Notes under the pieces: generated by a model
What the model was told of the DNA's origin: nothing
Seen by the model: the letters and a program-made list of their open reading frames with translations, nothing else
The model's database searches: none
Part shown: piece by piece, positions 26,781-38,005 of the stretch
Numbering within the stretch: the first letter of the stretch is position 1
Layout of the letters: every line of letters starts with the position of its first letter
Assembly: GCF_006345805.1 (NCBI RefSeq)
Contig: NC_043005.1
Location: 37,758,001-37,822,000, forward strand
Origin: Octopus sinensis
Taxonomy: Eukaryota
DNA length: 64,000 nucleotides
Direction: 5' to 3'
Made by a program: the position numbers and the translations under genes

Positions 26781-27423
26781 GCCTATGACCATGCATGTGC
26801 CTGTAGTTACACTTGCACCAGTAAGCTCACCCCTGCACCAACAAATAATACCTTTGCCTATAGCCTATGCTGCACCTATAAGCAACACCAGCACTTTAAC
26901 CTATAGCTGTGCCTGTAGTCATACCTGTTCTATAGGAGGAATTACAACCGTGTTTCGTGGTCTGCTACCACAACAGCTTCTTTATTGGATCCAGTTAGCT
27001 CAAGACATCATCAGGAGGAACCACGTCTGGTTTCGGCCCCTATTCCTCTACCGTTCTGACGTGGCAGCCCCACCACTTCCATTAAGCATTTTACTCCCAC
27101 CTTTCTAACAAAAAAACAAATTCTTTCATATGAAACAACACATTCATCAATTTCATTTTTTTCATATAATTCTTCAGAGTCATAATTTTCTATAGCATCC
27201 TGATATATCATTTTCAATTTTATTATAATTATTTCCTGGAAAATCTCTGAACATTTGGGTTAGATTTTAGTCCTTTATAGTATTTTTAATTTTTGGCACA
27301 TTTGATATTTGTTACTGTTGGTTTCTAATATTTGTTGGGTTCTAATTAGATTTTCTGTTCTTTTATGCAATCTAAACTTGTCTTGGCTTGACTAGTCGAT
27401 AATTTGAGGCCTATATATCTATA

Positions 27424-27632
27424 CTCTTTTACACTTTTACTTGTTTCAGTCATTTGACTGTTGCCATGCTGGAGCACCGCCTTTTAGTCAAGCAAATCGA
27501 CCCCAGGACTTATTCTTTGTAAGCCTAGTACTTATTCTATCAGTCTCTTTTGCCAAACTGCTAAGTTACAGGAACGTAAACACATGAGCATTGGTTGTCA
27601 AGCAATGTTGGGGGACAAACACAGACACACAA

Positions 27633-27664
<32 letters not shown>

Positions 27665-27862
27665 CATACACACACATATATATATATACATATATACAAC
27701 ACGCCTCTTTCAGTTTCCGTTTACCAAATCCACTCACAAGGCTTTGGTCGGCCTGATGCTATGGTAGAAGACACTTGCCCAAGGTGCCATGCAGTGGGAC
27801 TGAACCCAGAACCATGTGGCTGGTAAGCAAGCTACTTACCACACAGCCACTCCTACGCCTAT
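27424..27862 (-). mobile_element. SINE family A, full length, well preserved
   Basis: Reverse complement of 14041-14419 including head (acacagccactcctacgcct). Confidence 0.9.
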
Positions 27863-27863
27863 G

Positions 27864-27921
<58 letters not shown>

Positions 27922-28037
27922 TATACACACACACATAGGTTTATTTATGAATTTGAGGCTTACATATATTTATGGATTTATATATGGATTTGAGGCCTAC
28001 ATACATGCATATATATATATATATATACACACACATG

Positions 28038-28102
<65 letters not shown>

Positions 28103-28322
28103 CAATGTTTCATGCTTGCATCCATCAGATGGAGTTTGCTGAGGCAGATTTTCTATGGCCAAATGGTCTCTCTGTTACTAACTGCCATCTGTTTCCAAGC
28201 CAGTTAATACTTCCCTATAGCCAGACATGTTTCCACAGAATATTGGAAATGAATGATACCACTTGCATTATTGTAGCACACATTTACAATTATCAAACTA
28301 ATTATCATGACAAGGAGACACA
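28103..28322. mobile_element. Family D interspersed repeat (RTE-tail-related)
   Basis: ccagacatgtttccacagaatattggaaatgaatga shared with 48235-48275; tttctatggcc motif resembles the RTE tail. Confidence 0.55.
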
Positions 28323-28394
28323 GGCACACACAGGCACACACACACAAACAGACACACACGTGCACACACATATACATGCATACATATGCAGAAT

Positions 28395-28548
28395 GCTCTT
28401 CTTTTAGTTTCCATCTATCAAATCCGTTCAGAAGACTTTGGTCAGTTGGGGGCTATAGTATAAATCATTTGTCTATTGTACTGTGAAATGAAACTGAACC
28501 CAAGACCATACAGTCTAAAAACAAACTGTTTAATCATACAGCCACATG
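28395..28548 (-). mobile_element. SINE family A left half, degenerate
   Basis: gtttccatctatcaaatcc..ctttggtcagttggggctatagta. Confidence 0.6.
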
Positions 28549-29464
28549 AATTGATCATATAATTGCTCAGCAACCAAGCCTAATTCTCATTAATAAACTT
28601 AATACCTTGCTGTCTTTTTAAATATTCTCTCATCAGGGTCTTCAACTTATTACTTACATATGGATTTACTGATGTTTAGAAGATAATTAATGAATTACAC
28701 ATCACATGGACAGGACTTTGGTTTACTAGGGTAGCTTTTTTGTGTAAATTAGAAAACAATTTCTATGTATAAGGAATACTTCTTCTTCTAAGACAGGATA
28801 TATTGGAGTTCCTGGTGCATTCAAATTTAGGTGAAAGTGAAAGTGAGCTGAATATTGTTTCGTTTTTGTATTTTTGGTGTTTTTTTCTAGGGTTTTTTTC
28901 CTCATGCTTAGTTCAGATTTGCTGAGAAATTTGAAATTTATCTTTTCCTTTCAAAAATAAATTGTAGGGTGGGGTTGAAGTGGGGGAGAGAATTTTTTAA
29001 AAAAATTAGAATAATGATGGATTTAAATAATTCTGTATGTATGTAGGATAGCAGGGGTAGGAGTGAGTGAATGATAGAGAGAAAGAGTGTAAAGTAGAAT
29101 GATATATGAGGGATTAAAAGAATAAATGAGAAAAACATATAAATGAATGAAATAGATTTAAAAGAAAAAACTGGAATTAAAAGAAAGAAAAATATTAGGA
29201 AGGAATGAAAGAAAGAAAGAAAGAAAGGAATGAAATAGAAGAGATTGAGAATGACTCTTTCTTTTTTTTTGTTATTCAGAATTGAAGAGATCCTATTTAT
29301 GGAATATAATAAAATGAGAGAAGAAAAATAATTTGAAATGTGAGTGTATGTATGTCTGTATACTTATATGTATTTGCATATGCATTTGTGTATGTTTACA
29401 TTAAAGGCAGGAAAATTGAAGTGGGGAAAATGTGCCTGTGTTTGCATATGCACAAACACATATA

Positions 29465-29512
<48 letters not shown>

Positions 29513-30066
29513 TGCACATGCATAAGAAGATAGAAAAGAAGAGAATAGAATGCGATTAAAATACAAGAGTAGGATGAAAGATTAAGAAACAAGAGAAGGG
29601 AGACAGGGAGAGATTAAGTGGAGGGGTAGAGAGAGAGAGAGATGAAAAAGAAAAAAGTGAGATATACAATAGCTACTTTTAGAAACTCAGTGTTACCTGA
29701 CATCTCTGTCTCACTATCTCTCTCTCTCTCTCTCTCACACACACATATGCACACACACATAATATTTATACATGTGTGTGCATGTAATATTATATTCAGG
29801 GGAATACAAAAGAAAGCATGTGGATAGGCAGATAAAGCTAGAGAAGAGAACCTAAGGAAGATGTTGGAGTGACTTGGTGTCGGTTGGCAGCAGAACCAGG
29901 AACAAGGGACAGAGACAAAAATATTGAGTGAAAATTCTTGACATAAGCAAATATTATTCTGTGTCTGTCAAAACTGGAACCAATATCTGAAAATAATTTT
30001 GAATATATTCTTTAATGGTATAACAATAAAAACATGAATATATATATATATATACATATGTGTATG

Positions 30067-30100
<34 letters not shown>

Positions 30101-30711
30101 ATAGAGTACACATAAACTCACATACACATTACACACAAGAAAAAAAGATGTAGTTCTTGAAACTAAGAATAATATCTATAAATTGCTAATATTAATAAAA
30201 TATTTTGCTAGGATAATAGCAACAATATTAATGTGTGTGCGTGCGTGTGTGTGGTGTGTGTGTGTGTGCGCACGTGCGCATGTGTGTAATTTTTGCAATA
30301 TGCAATATTGACTTTTCTGAAATTTAGTTGAAAAATATTACTTTTCCTATTTTTTTCACAGAAACTGGTTTTCTTATTAACACGATTATATCAACGTAAG
30401 CTAGACGTATTTATTAATAATCTAACCAGGTTGCACAGAATGTAGAAGAAAAAACAACACACAAAAAAATAACAATTTGATGTGGAAAAAATGTCAATAT
30501 GTCTGACATTGTTTGTTGTCTTTCAGACGGTCTTTAGCAGAATGATATGGAATTTTTTGATACAATACCAGTTCGGTAGTATAGTAGCATTGCTGTGGAC
30601 ATTTTGTGTAGCACTTCTTTGTGGTATTCTACTATAGCTAATTGAGTTATATGGGCATATCTTAAGCCTTTTATATGATATTGGTCATGTTACTATTTTT
30701 AATCTTTTGGT

Positions 30712-30952
30712 CTTATTGTCTTTTACCTGTGTCAGGTATTGCAACTGCAGCCATGCTGGGGCATTGCCTTGAAAGTTTTTGAGTCAAACAAATTGACCCC
30801 TCAGCATATATTTTTAAATATACTTACTCTACTGGTCTCTTTAGTTGAACCGCTAAGTTACAAAATTGTAACTAGTTGTCAAACAGTAGAATGGGGATAA
30901 ACACAGACACAAAACACATAGATATATACATACATGCACAAACACACTCATA

Positions 30953-30989
<37 letters not shown>

Positions 30990-31432
30990 TATATATAAGA
31001 GGCTTCTTTTAGTTTCCCTCTACCAAATCCACTTACAAGGATTTGGTGGGCCCAAAGCTATAGTAGAAGACACTTGCCCAAGGTGCCATGCAATGGAACT
31101 GGATCCTGAACCATTGAGAAACAAAACAATTGATGCCTGAAGTTGATTTTTTTAGAGTCTGGTTCTTATTCTGTCAGTCTCTTTTGATGAATTACTCAAG
31201 TTAAAGTGAGATAAACAAACCAACACCAGTTGTCAAGCAGTGGGTGGGGGGGTGACATAAACAAAGACAGATCCACATTTGCAATGGACTTCTACACAGT
31301 TTCTATATACTAAATTCACTCAATAATATCGGTTGGCCAAGAGCTATGAGTACAAGGCACTTGCCTAGAATAGGATTGAATCTAAAGCCACATGGTTGCA
31401 AAGCAAGCTTCTTAGGTGCACAGCCAAGTTAC
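30712..31432 (-). mobile_element. Two degenerate SINE family A copies (30712-31112, 31150-31432)
   Basis: Tail ctgcagccatgctggggca, left half gctatagtagaagacacttgcccaaggtgccatgc. Confidence 0.7.
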
Positions 31433-31502
31433 ACTGCCAAAACCACATCTAGAAATGCAAATGCAAGTTGCAAGACACATTCTAATGCATATAAATTGAA
31501 GG

Positions 31503-31660
31503 CTCATGGCCTTATAGTTAGGATGTTAACTTCAGAACTGTAGAGTCATGTGTTCAAATACTAGGCCAGGTAGTACATTGTGTTCTTCATCGAGACACTT
31601 CATTTCACACTGCTCCAGTGTACTTAGCTAATGATGAGTCCCAACTGACTGCTCGGACAG
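31503..31660 (+). mobile_element. SINE family G
   Basis: atggccttatagttaggatgtt..gtagtacattgtgttctt..catttcacactgctccagt. Confidence 0.6.
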
Positions 31661-31904
31661 CTCTCTCTCTCTCTCTCTCTCCTCTTCTGGTTGTCACATC
31701 CTTGATGTTTCACTGCGCCAAGGGTTGGGAGGCAGAGAAGGTATCCAGGTGTACATGTGACTAAATAAACCCCTAAAACAATGAGCAAAATCATGATACA
31801 TGTTATCACATCCACCACACTTTGTAACAGATCAACAAGCTTACATTTAAACTGCATATCAATGTGTTATAGAAACTAATTAGATCTGGACTATCATGGG
31901 ACTA

Positions 31905-32060
31905 CAACAATGGAGTGGTTAAGAAGCTCACTTTACAACCACAGGGTTTTGGGATCAGTTCCACTCTTTTGCACCTAAAGTAAGTGACTTCTTCTACCAT
32001 CTAAGGTAGACCAGTAACTTGTGAGTGGATTTGGCTGGCTGAAACCTTGTTGAAGCCCAT
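31905..32060 (+). mobile_element. SINE family A left half
   Basis: ggagtggttaagaagctc..ttgtgagtggatttgg..gaagccc. Confidence 0.7.
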
Positions 32061-32071
32061 CATATATATAT

Positions 32072-32115
<44 letters not shown>

Positions 32116-32146
32116 TTGTATGTATGTATATATATATATATACTAT

Positions 32147-32420
32147 TATCATCATCATTTAACAACTGTGTTTTATGCTAGCATGGGCTGGATGGTTTGA
32201 CAGGATACAATTAGTACAAGGACTTCATTGTACTCCAGTGTCTGTTTTAGCATGATTTCTAAGGCTGGAACCAAATACATTGCAGGACATAATGGGTGCT
32301 TTTATGCAGCACCCACCAGCCAACAGGTTTAGGATCACTCAGCTGAAGAGGAATGTAGGGGACATGCCGGTATGCAAGGACAACCACAAATTTGCTCAGC
32401 TTGACATGTCTTCTCAAGCA
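32147..32420 (-). mobile_element. Degenerate RTE 3'UTR/tail
   Basis: catcatcatttaacaactg..atgctagcatgggctggatggtttgacagg and gtcttctcaagca. Confidence 0.6.
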
Positions 32421-32647
32421 TTGCAAACTGCCAGAATTAAGGATGATGGTTTAACTGATAAAATCGGTTAAGAATATTTTTACACTAGTTTAACATCATC
32501 AGACTGAGGGTCTGCATGCCAAGACCCTTCATTTCCATTACTGGTTGCTTATATTTGGATCATGTTTAGCATTTGTTTTTCCATGACGAGGCCCAGGTCC
32601 CTTTCATGATGGTCATAGTCATGTTCAGTGTCTTGATTAACCTTGCC

Positions 32648-32873
32648 TTAACCCCTTAGCATTTAAACCAGCCATATCTAACTAATATATGTTCTACTTG
32701 TTTTATGTTCAGACTGACCCAATCAGACATCTCATACCTACCCTACAATGTCATTCTAAAAATAAACTCATATCATGAAAATTTTGAAGTTTTAAGATAA
32801 TCCATGATTAGTTCAAAATAATGTGAATAAATAAGTATTACGCCTGACAGTAATCTGCATGCTAAATGGTTAA
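32648..32873. mobile_element. TTAA-flanked MITE family F (piggyBac-like ends)
   Basis: ttaa|ccccttagcatt ... atgctaaatgg|ttaa; homologous to 40955-41181 and 63613-63839. Confidence 0.75.
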
Positions 32874-34366
32874 GCATATTAATATATCCCAATGTCACAC
32901 CTCTGAGTTAGTTGAGCTGTTTGGTTCTTTTGCACTCTCAGCCATTCCTCATTTTGTATTAAGTATACAATGGATATCCCCACTCTCTGCTATAGAGCTT
33001 CGATTCACTCATGTACTTTAGTTGATCAGTTGAAATTAGAAACCCAGATTTGGCCACTGTCATTCACTACAGTACAAATGGAATAAGACATGAGTTAGCT
33101 GCAGGAGTGGAAACAGGATCCTGTTTAACATACTTTACTAAAACCAAAAATTAACCAAAGATACATTTAAAAAATCAATAGTTTCTAAATTAAACTTAAA
33201 ATATTTTTGACATTGAGCCAATAAAGACATCAACAATTAATAAAATGAATAATAAATTTGTAATAATTATTATCTGAGGTGATTTCACGAGAGAACAGTG
33301 CAGAGGGGAGATCACTCATGTCTTCTAGAACTCATAAAGCTCCCTCATGTCATATCCTTAAATCACCTGAAGGTTAATAGTGAACTTTAATAGTTCTACT
33401 TAATACTAAAGGTCATTAGAATGAGAGGACATCTTTAGACCAATTAACCAGCTCTGCTTGTCCTTGTTATGGGTTTCAGCCAATGGTCATTAGAGAGAAC
33501 TGACCAATCAATTTAGTGTGTTAACAATGCACTCATTACATTTAAATAAGTTTGTCTGGAAGCAAGGGAAATATAATAACACAAGTACACTGCAGTTATA
33601 TGCGTATGCAGACACACTCACACACAAGCACATACATGCTTATAAACTCAAATGTGTATGTGTGTGTGTGTGCACATACATGCATGTTCACAGGATGGTT
33701 GGAGTCAGCAAGCAAGCATATATGTTTTTAATTTCCATCTATACATACACATGCACACACACTTACACACACACACATTCTAATATATAAATATATACCA
33801 TTATCATTTAATGTCCACTTTTCATATATATATATTAATACACATACATACATATATATATGCACACACCTACATGTATACATAAAATGTTGATACTTTA
33901 TAATTTCCATTAAGGAATGGCCAATAACATACCTTTTAGTAGAATCTGAGGTTCAGTCCTTATAGGGCTCTCAACAGTAGTATTTTTATTTCTGCTTATT
34001 CCTGACTTTGTAACTATATAATATATATATATATATATACACACATACATACAAATATAAATATATTAAGAGCTAGGTAGATAGATAGCTGGATGGATGG
34101 ATGGATGGATGGATGGTCAATGTGTGTATGACTGTATTGATGCTGTATGTTAGTATATTTGTGTTTGTGTAAGCATACATTTTATCATTCTATCTGTCTA
34201 CCTACAAATCTATTTATACATATATGTATATATGGGTGTGTGTGTATACATATACTCTATATATGTGTTTATATAATTATATGTGTACATATGCTTGACT
34301 GTTATATACAATTATTCATGTGTGTCTGTGTATATATATATATTTATATATATACACCACACACAT

Positions 34367-34464
<98 letters not shown>

Positions 34465-34788
34465 TCATAAACTCTAAATACAGAAACATAAACATACTCC
34501 TTTATGCTCAAACATACACACATAGATACACAAACTGACATATAAATGTTTGTCTGTATTTATGTGTGTTTGAGAAAAATTACATAAGAATCCCCAGAAG
34601 AAAAGAATTAATTAATTTTGTATATACTAATGTATGGACATCTGTGTATTTCCACACATTTGGGATTTTAAATGAGCCATGGTAATGTTGTTGTGACTGT
34701 ACACTTCTTTTCCTGGTGAAATTATTGCTTTTATCAGCAGTGCTCTTGTATTGTTTTACACACACACACACACACACATAACTAGATA

Positions 34789-35432
34789 TCATCATCATCA
34801 TTGTTTAATGTCCACTTTTCATGCTAGTATTTGATTGGACGATTTGACTGAGGTCTGGCGAACCAGATGGCTGCACCAGGCTCCAATCTGATCTGGCAGA
34901 GTTTCTACAGCTGGATGCCCTTCCTAATGCCAGCAACTCAGAGAGTGTAGTGGATGCTTTTATGTGCCACCGGCACGAGGGTCAGTCAGGTAGTACTGGC
35001 AACAGCCATGCTCAAAAGGTGCTTTTTATGTGCCACCTGCACAGGAGTCAGTCTAGTGGCACTGGCAACGACCTCGCTTGAATTGTTTTTCATGTGCCTC
35101 CAGCACAAGTGCCAGTAAGGCAACGCAAGTAACGATCACACTCAAATAGTGCTTTTTATGTGCCACTGGCACGGGGGCCAGTTTGTTGCTCTGGCAATGA
35201 TCACGCTTGAATGGTACTCTTAGCGCTCCACTAGCACTGATGCCAGTCATCGAATTTGATTTCGATTTCAAATTTCACTTGCCTCAACAGGTCTTTGCAA
35301 GCAGAGTTTAGTGTCCAATGAAGGAAAGGTATGCATTATATAAGTGGGCTGGTTACACCCCTATCATAGGCCACATGGTTATGGTCTCACTTGGCTTGCT
35401 GAGTCTTCTCTAGCACAGCATATTTCCAAAGG
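34789..35432 (-). mobile_element. RTE 3'UTR with ~65-bp tandem repeats
   Basis: Tail (CAT)n, repeated gctttttatgtgccac units, and cacttgcctcaacaggtctt..gtcttctc.agcacagcatat.tccaaagg matching the junction next to the RTE ORF at 51.5 kb. Confidence 0.85.
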
Positions 35433-36044
35433 AACTAGACAGATATATATATTTACTTGTGCATGAATATATTTGTGTTTGCTCATGTATATGCATATAC
35501 ATGTATGTGTGTGTGTATATATATATATATATACATATTTAAACTTAAAAATTCATACATAGTTGTACGTGCTACATACATATTCATACATATATGGCTA
35601 TTCAAAATTTAAATTTCATGCTACTAACTGCAGTCTTCCAATCCAATCTGAAGTAATTTCTGTATCATCTATGACAAAACCATTTACCCAAACCCTACCC
35701 ACAACCTATTCGCTATAATTTTTTCAACATGACCAAACATAGCAATTGTAATATTTACAACTAACAGCATCACTGCTATATAATATGGCTATTATCATCC
35801 TCATTGTTACTATTGCTATCACCCATCTCATCATCATCCACATCACTATGACCACCATTATCATCATCAGAATCTCACCACCATTGTCATCATTGTCATT
35901 GTCAACATAGTTAACATTGTCAATAAATGGAGCGTGGAATATTTAGGATTGTAGAGAATCAAATCAAGCAGAAAATATCATTAAGGGTGTATAGTACCCT
36001 CAACTATTAAACTGCTTATAAAGAAACAGTAAAATAATTAATGC

Positions 36045-36090
<46 letters not shown>

Positions 36091-36209
36091 CATCATCATC
36101 ATCATTTAACGTCTGTTTTCCATGCTAGCATGGGTTGGAAGGTTCAACTGGGCTCTGGGAAGCTAGAAGGCTGTGCCAGGCCCAGTCTGATCTGCCAGTG
36201 TTTCTACAG
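36091..36209 (-). mobile_element. RTE 3' tail fragment
   Basis: catcatttaacgtctgttttccatgctagcatgggttgg. Confidence 0.8.
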
Positions 36210-36323
36210 TCACATGTATGTATGTATATATATTAATGTTTGTTTTTATGTTCAGTTATAATAAAAACAATTTTACATTAATCTGATGGGTTACTCTATA
36301 CTTTTGTAGGGTACAAATTTATT

Positions 36324-36432
36324 ATAAGGCGATGTTATGTTGCCAATTTAATGTGGCAGTCCCATGAAAGGGAAGAATGCTACTCCTATTTAGCCCTGGG
36401 AAACACCAATACCAGTTGGCCTTGACACATTT
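36324..36432 (+). repeat. 109-bp repeat, copy 1 (inverted relative to 37781-37889)
   Basis: 97/109 identity by manual alignment. Confidence 0.9.
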
Positions 36433-36490
36433 TCTGTGTCCTAATGTTTTCAAAGGAAGAGATAAGCACCTCCATCCAGCAAATGCAGTA

Positions 36491-36533
36491 TCCAGAGACT
36501 AGTTTCAGAGTCATTGCTCATCATCAGTCTTGA
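36491..36533 (-). ncRNA. Minimal type I hammerhead-ribozyme-like motif (Penelope-associated type)
   Basis: UCAAGA-CUGAUGA-U-GAG-CAAUGA-CUC-U-GAAA-C-UA-G-UC|UCUGGA: complete core, palindromic stem III (ACUAGU), GUC site, 5/6 stem I pairs. Confidence 0.6.
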
Positions 36534-36929
36534 GTAGCATGGCTTGCTAGCTGAATTCTTTATAACAGGCACAAGGCCTAAACACAGCTGGGACATACAC
36601 AGACATGCAGGAATAAAAATCAAATAAAAGGATGAATGTAAAAGGAAATAAATTAGAATGAAAATGAGATGGCCATATTTGTCCTGCTACAAGATGAGAC
36701 TATGATCTCCTTGTTTTTCTTTTTTAACCTTACATTTTAAATGACAATTTCTAGCCCCCGCTGCGAGGCGAAACCGCAACTTCCCTTTTCCTTTCCACCT
36801 TACATTTTAAAGAAAATGCTTTAATGACTGTTCATTTAATAGTTACAGGATTTACTTATTTTCCTTTGGGTTTTTTTTAAACAAAAAATTTAACCAAATG
36901 TTTTTCTCAGTCTTTCACAATCTTTAAAA

Positions 36930-37780
36930 TAAATCATGACTTACCACTTCATCTTCTCCTTTTCATCCACATAATTCACCACCAAGGTACGAGGTTCAAC
37001 ATCTCTTTCATAATGTCTTTCAATTTTGAAATTCTTTTAACTTTTGGGTGTCCTATATTTCAGTATAAACCTTATTTCTGTTTGTGTCTGGCATGTTTCT
37101 GTTTTTCTGTAATTCTTGGCTTTCTGGTGATTGTATCTCTGTGTCTGTGTGTTTGTGTCTATGTGTTTGATTGTAATTCTATGTGTTTTGTCTGTGTGTC
37201 TAAGTTTTTAGGTTTCTGTGATTCTAAGATATCTTGTATCTGTTTCTCTATATCTCTGTGTGGTTGGATGTCTGTGTGTTTGAGTGTCTGTGGGTCTGAA
37301 TGTTTTTGTACTTGTAAGTCCTTTACAGGTGATCCTACTGGTGAATCTTCTCTGTTTCTTGTCGTAGGTTGGATAACCTCTTCCATTGCTTTGTATTTCT
37401 CCAGTTCCACTATCATTTGTGACTTCCTCCTCTCTCTTTTTCTTGCTTTCACCTCCGCAAAATTCCTGTCTTGTTCTCTTATCTGTTTCTGCTGTTTCTC
37501 CACCATTATATTCTCCTGAATATAATTTCCACTGCTGCTTCAGGGCATTTCTTTCTCAAGTGCCCTCTTTCACCACATTTGTAACACTTTGGGGGTTTCC
37601 CCTCCAACATTATCTCCAGTTTTTCTTCATTTGGTAACTCCAAAGTTTCAGGTATTTCTTTGTAATATTTCTGGCTCACTGCACAAATCATTTCTAATCT
37701 GTAGCCCTACCACTTCACTTGTTCGGTTTGGCTTATCATTCCCAGCTTCACCTCTTCACTTTCTTTCCTTATCTCCGAAT
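36930..37780 (-). pseudogene. Decayed non-LTR retrotransposon ORF1 (gag-like) fragment with CCHC zinc knuckle, L1/Tx1-like
   Basis: ..KW*GYRLEMICAVSQKYYKEIPETLELPNEEKLEIMLEGKPPKCYKCGERGHLRKKCP (CX2CX4HX4C), followed by a charged low-complexity region; stops and frameshifts. Confidence 0.75.
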
Positions 37781-37889
37781 AAATGTGTCAAGGCCAACTG
37801 GAAATGGTGTTTTCTTGAGCTAAATAACAGTAGCATTCTTCCCTTTCATGGGACTGCCACATTAAGTTCGCAACATAACATAACCTTAT
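37781..37889 (-). repeat. 109-bp repeat, copy 2
   Basis: Reverse complement of 36324-36432 (97/109). Confidence 0.9.
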
Positions 37890-37960
37890 CATGCTGCTAT
37901 CTGAGATACTTAGAAATGCAATATTTCTAAATTTATTATACTTATACAAGAATGTTGTTG

Positions 37961-38005
37961 ACAGTGACTTCGAAGTTTCAGCCAGCTAAGTCACCATCAG
38001 ACTGC
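37961..38005 (-). ncRNA. Second, degenerate minimal type I hammerhead-like motif
   Basis: GCAGU-CUGAUGG-U-GAC-UUAGCU-GGC-U-GAAA-C-UUCGAA-GUC|ACUGU: palindromic stem III ACUUCGAAGU, 5-bp stem I; A9G and one stem II mismatch. Confidence 0.45.

Noticed and set aside
32470-32510. Minus-strand CUGAUGAUGUUAAACUAGU resembling the 36.5-kb motif
   Set aside because: Stem II and GAAA are absent and there is no stem I pairing; likely coincidence.
33470-33500. Minus-strand CUAAUGA-ccattggct-GAAAC
   Set aside because: G5 is mutated, with no NUH site or stem III.
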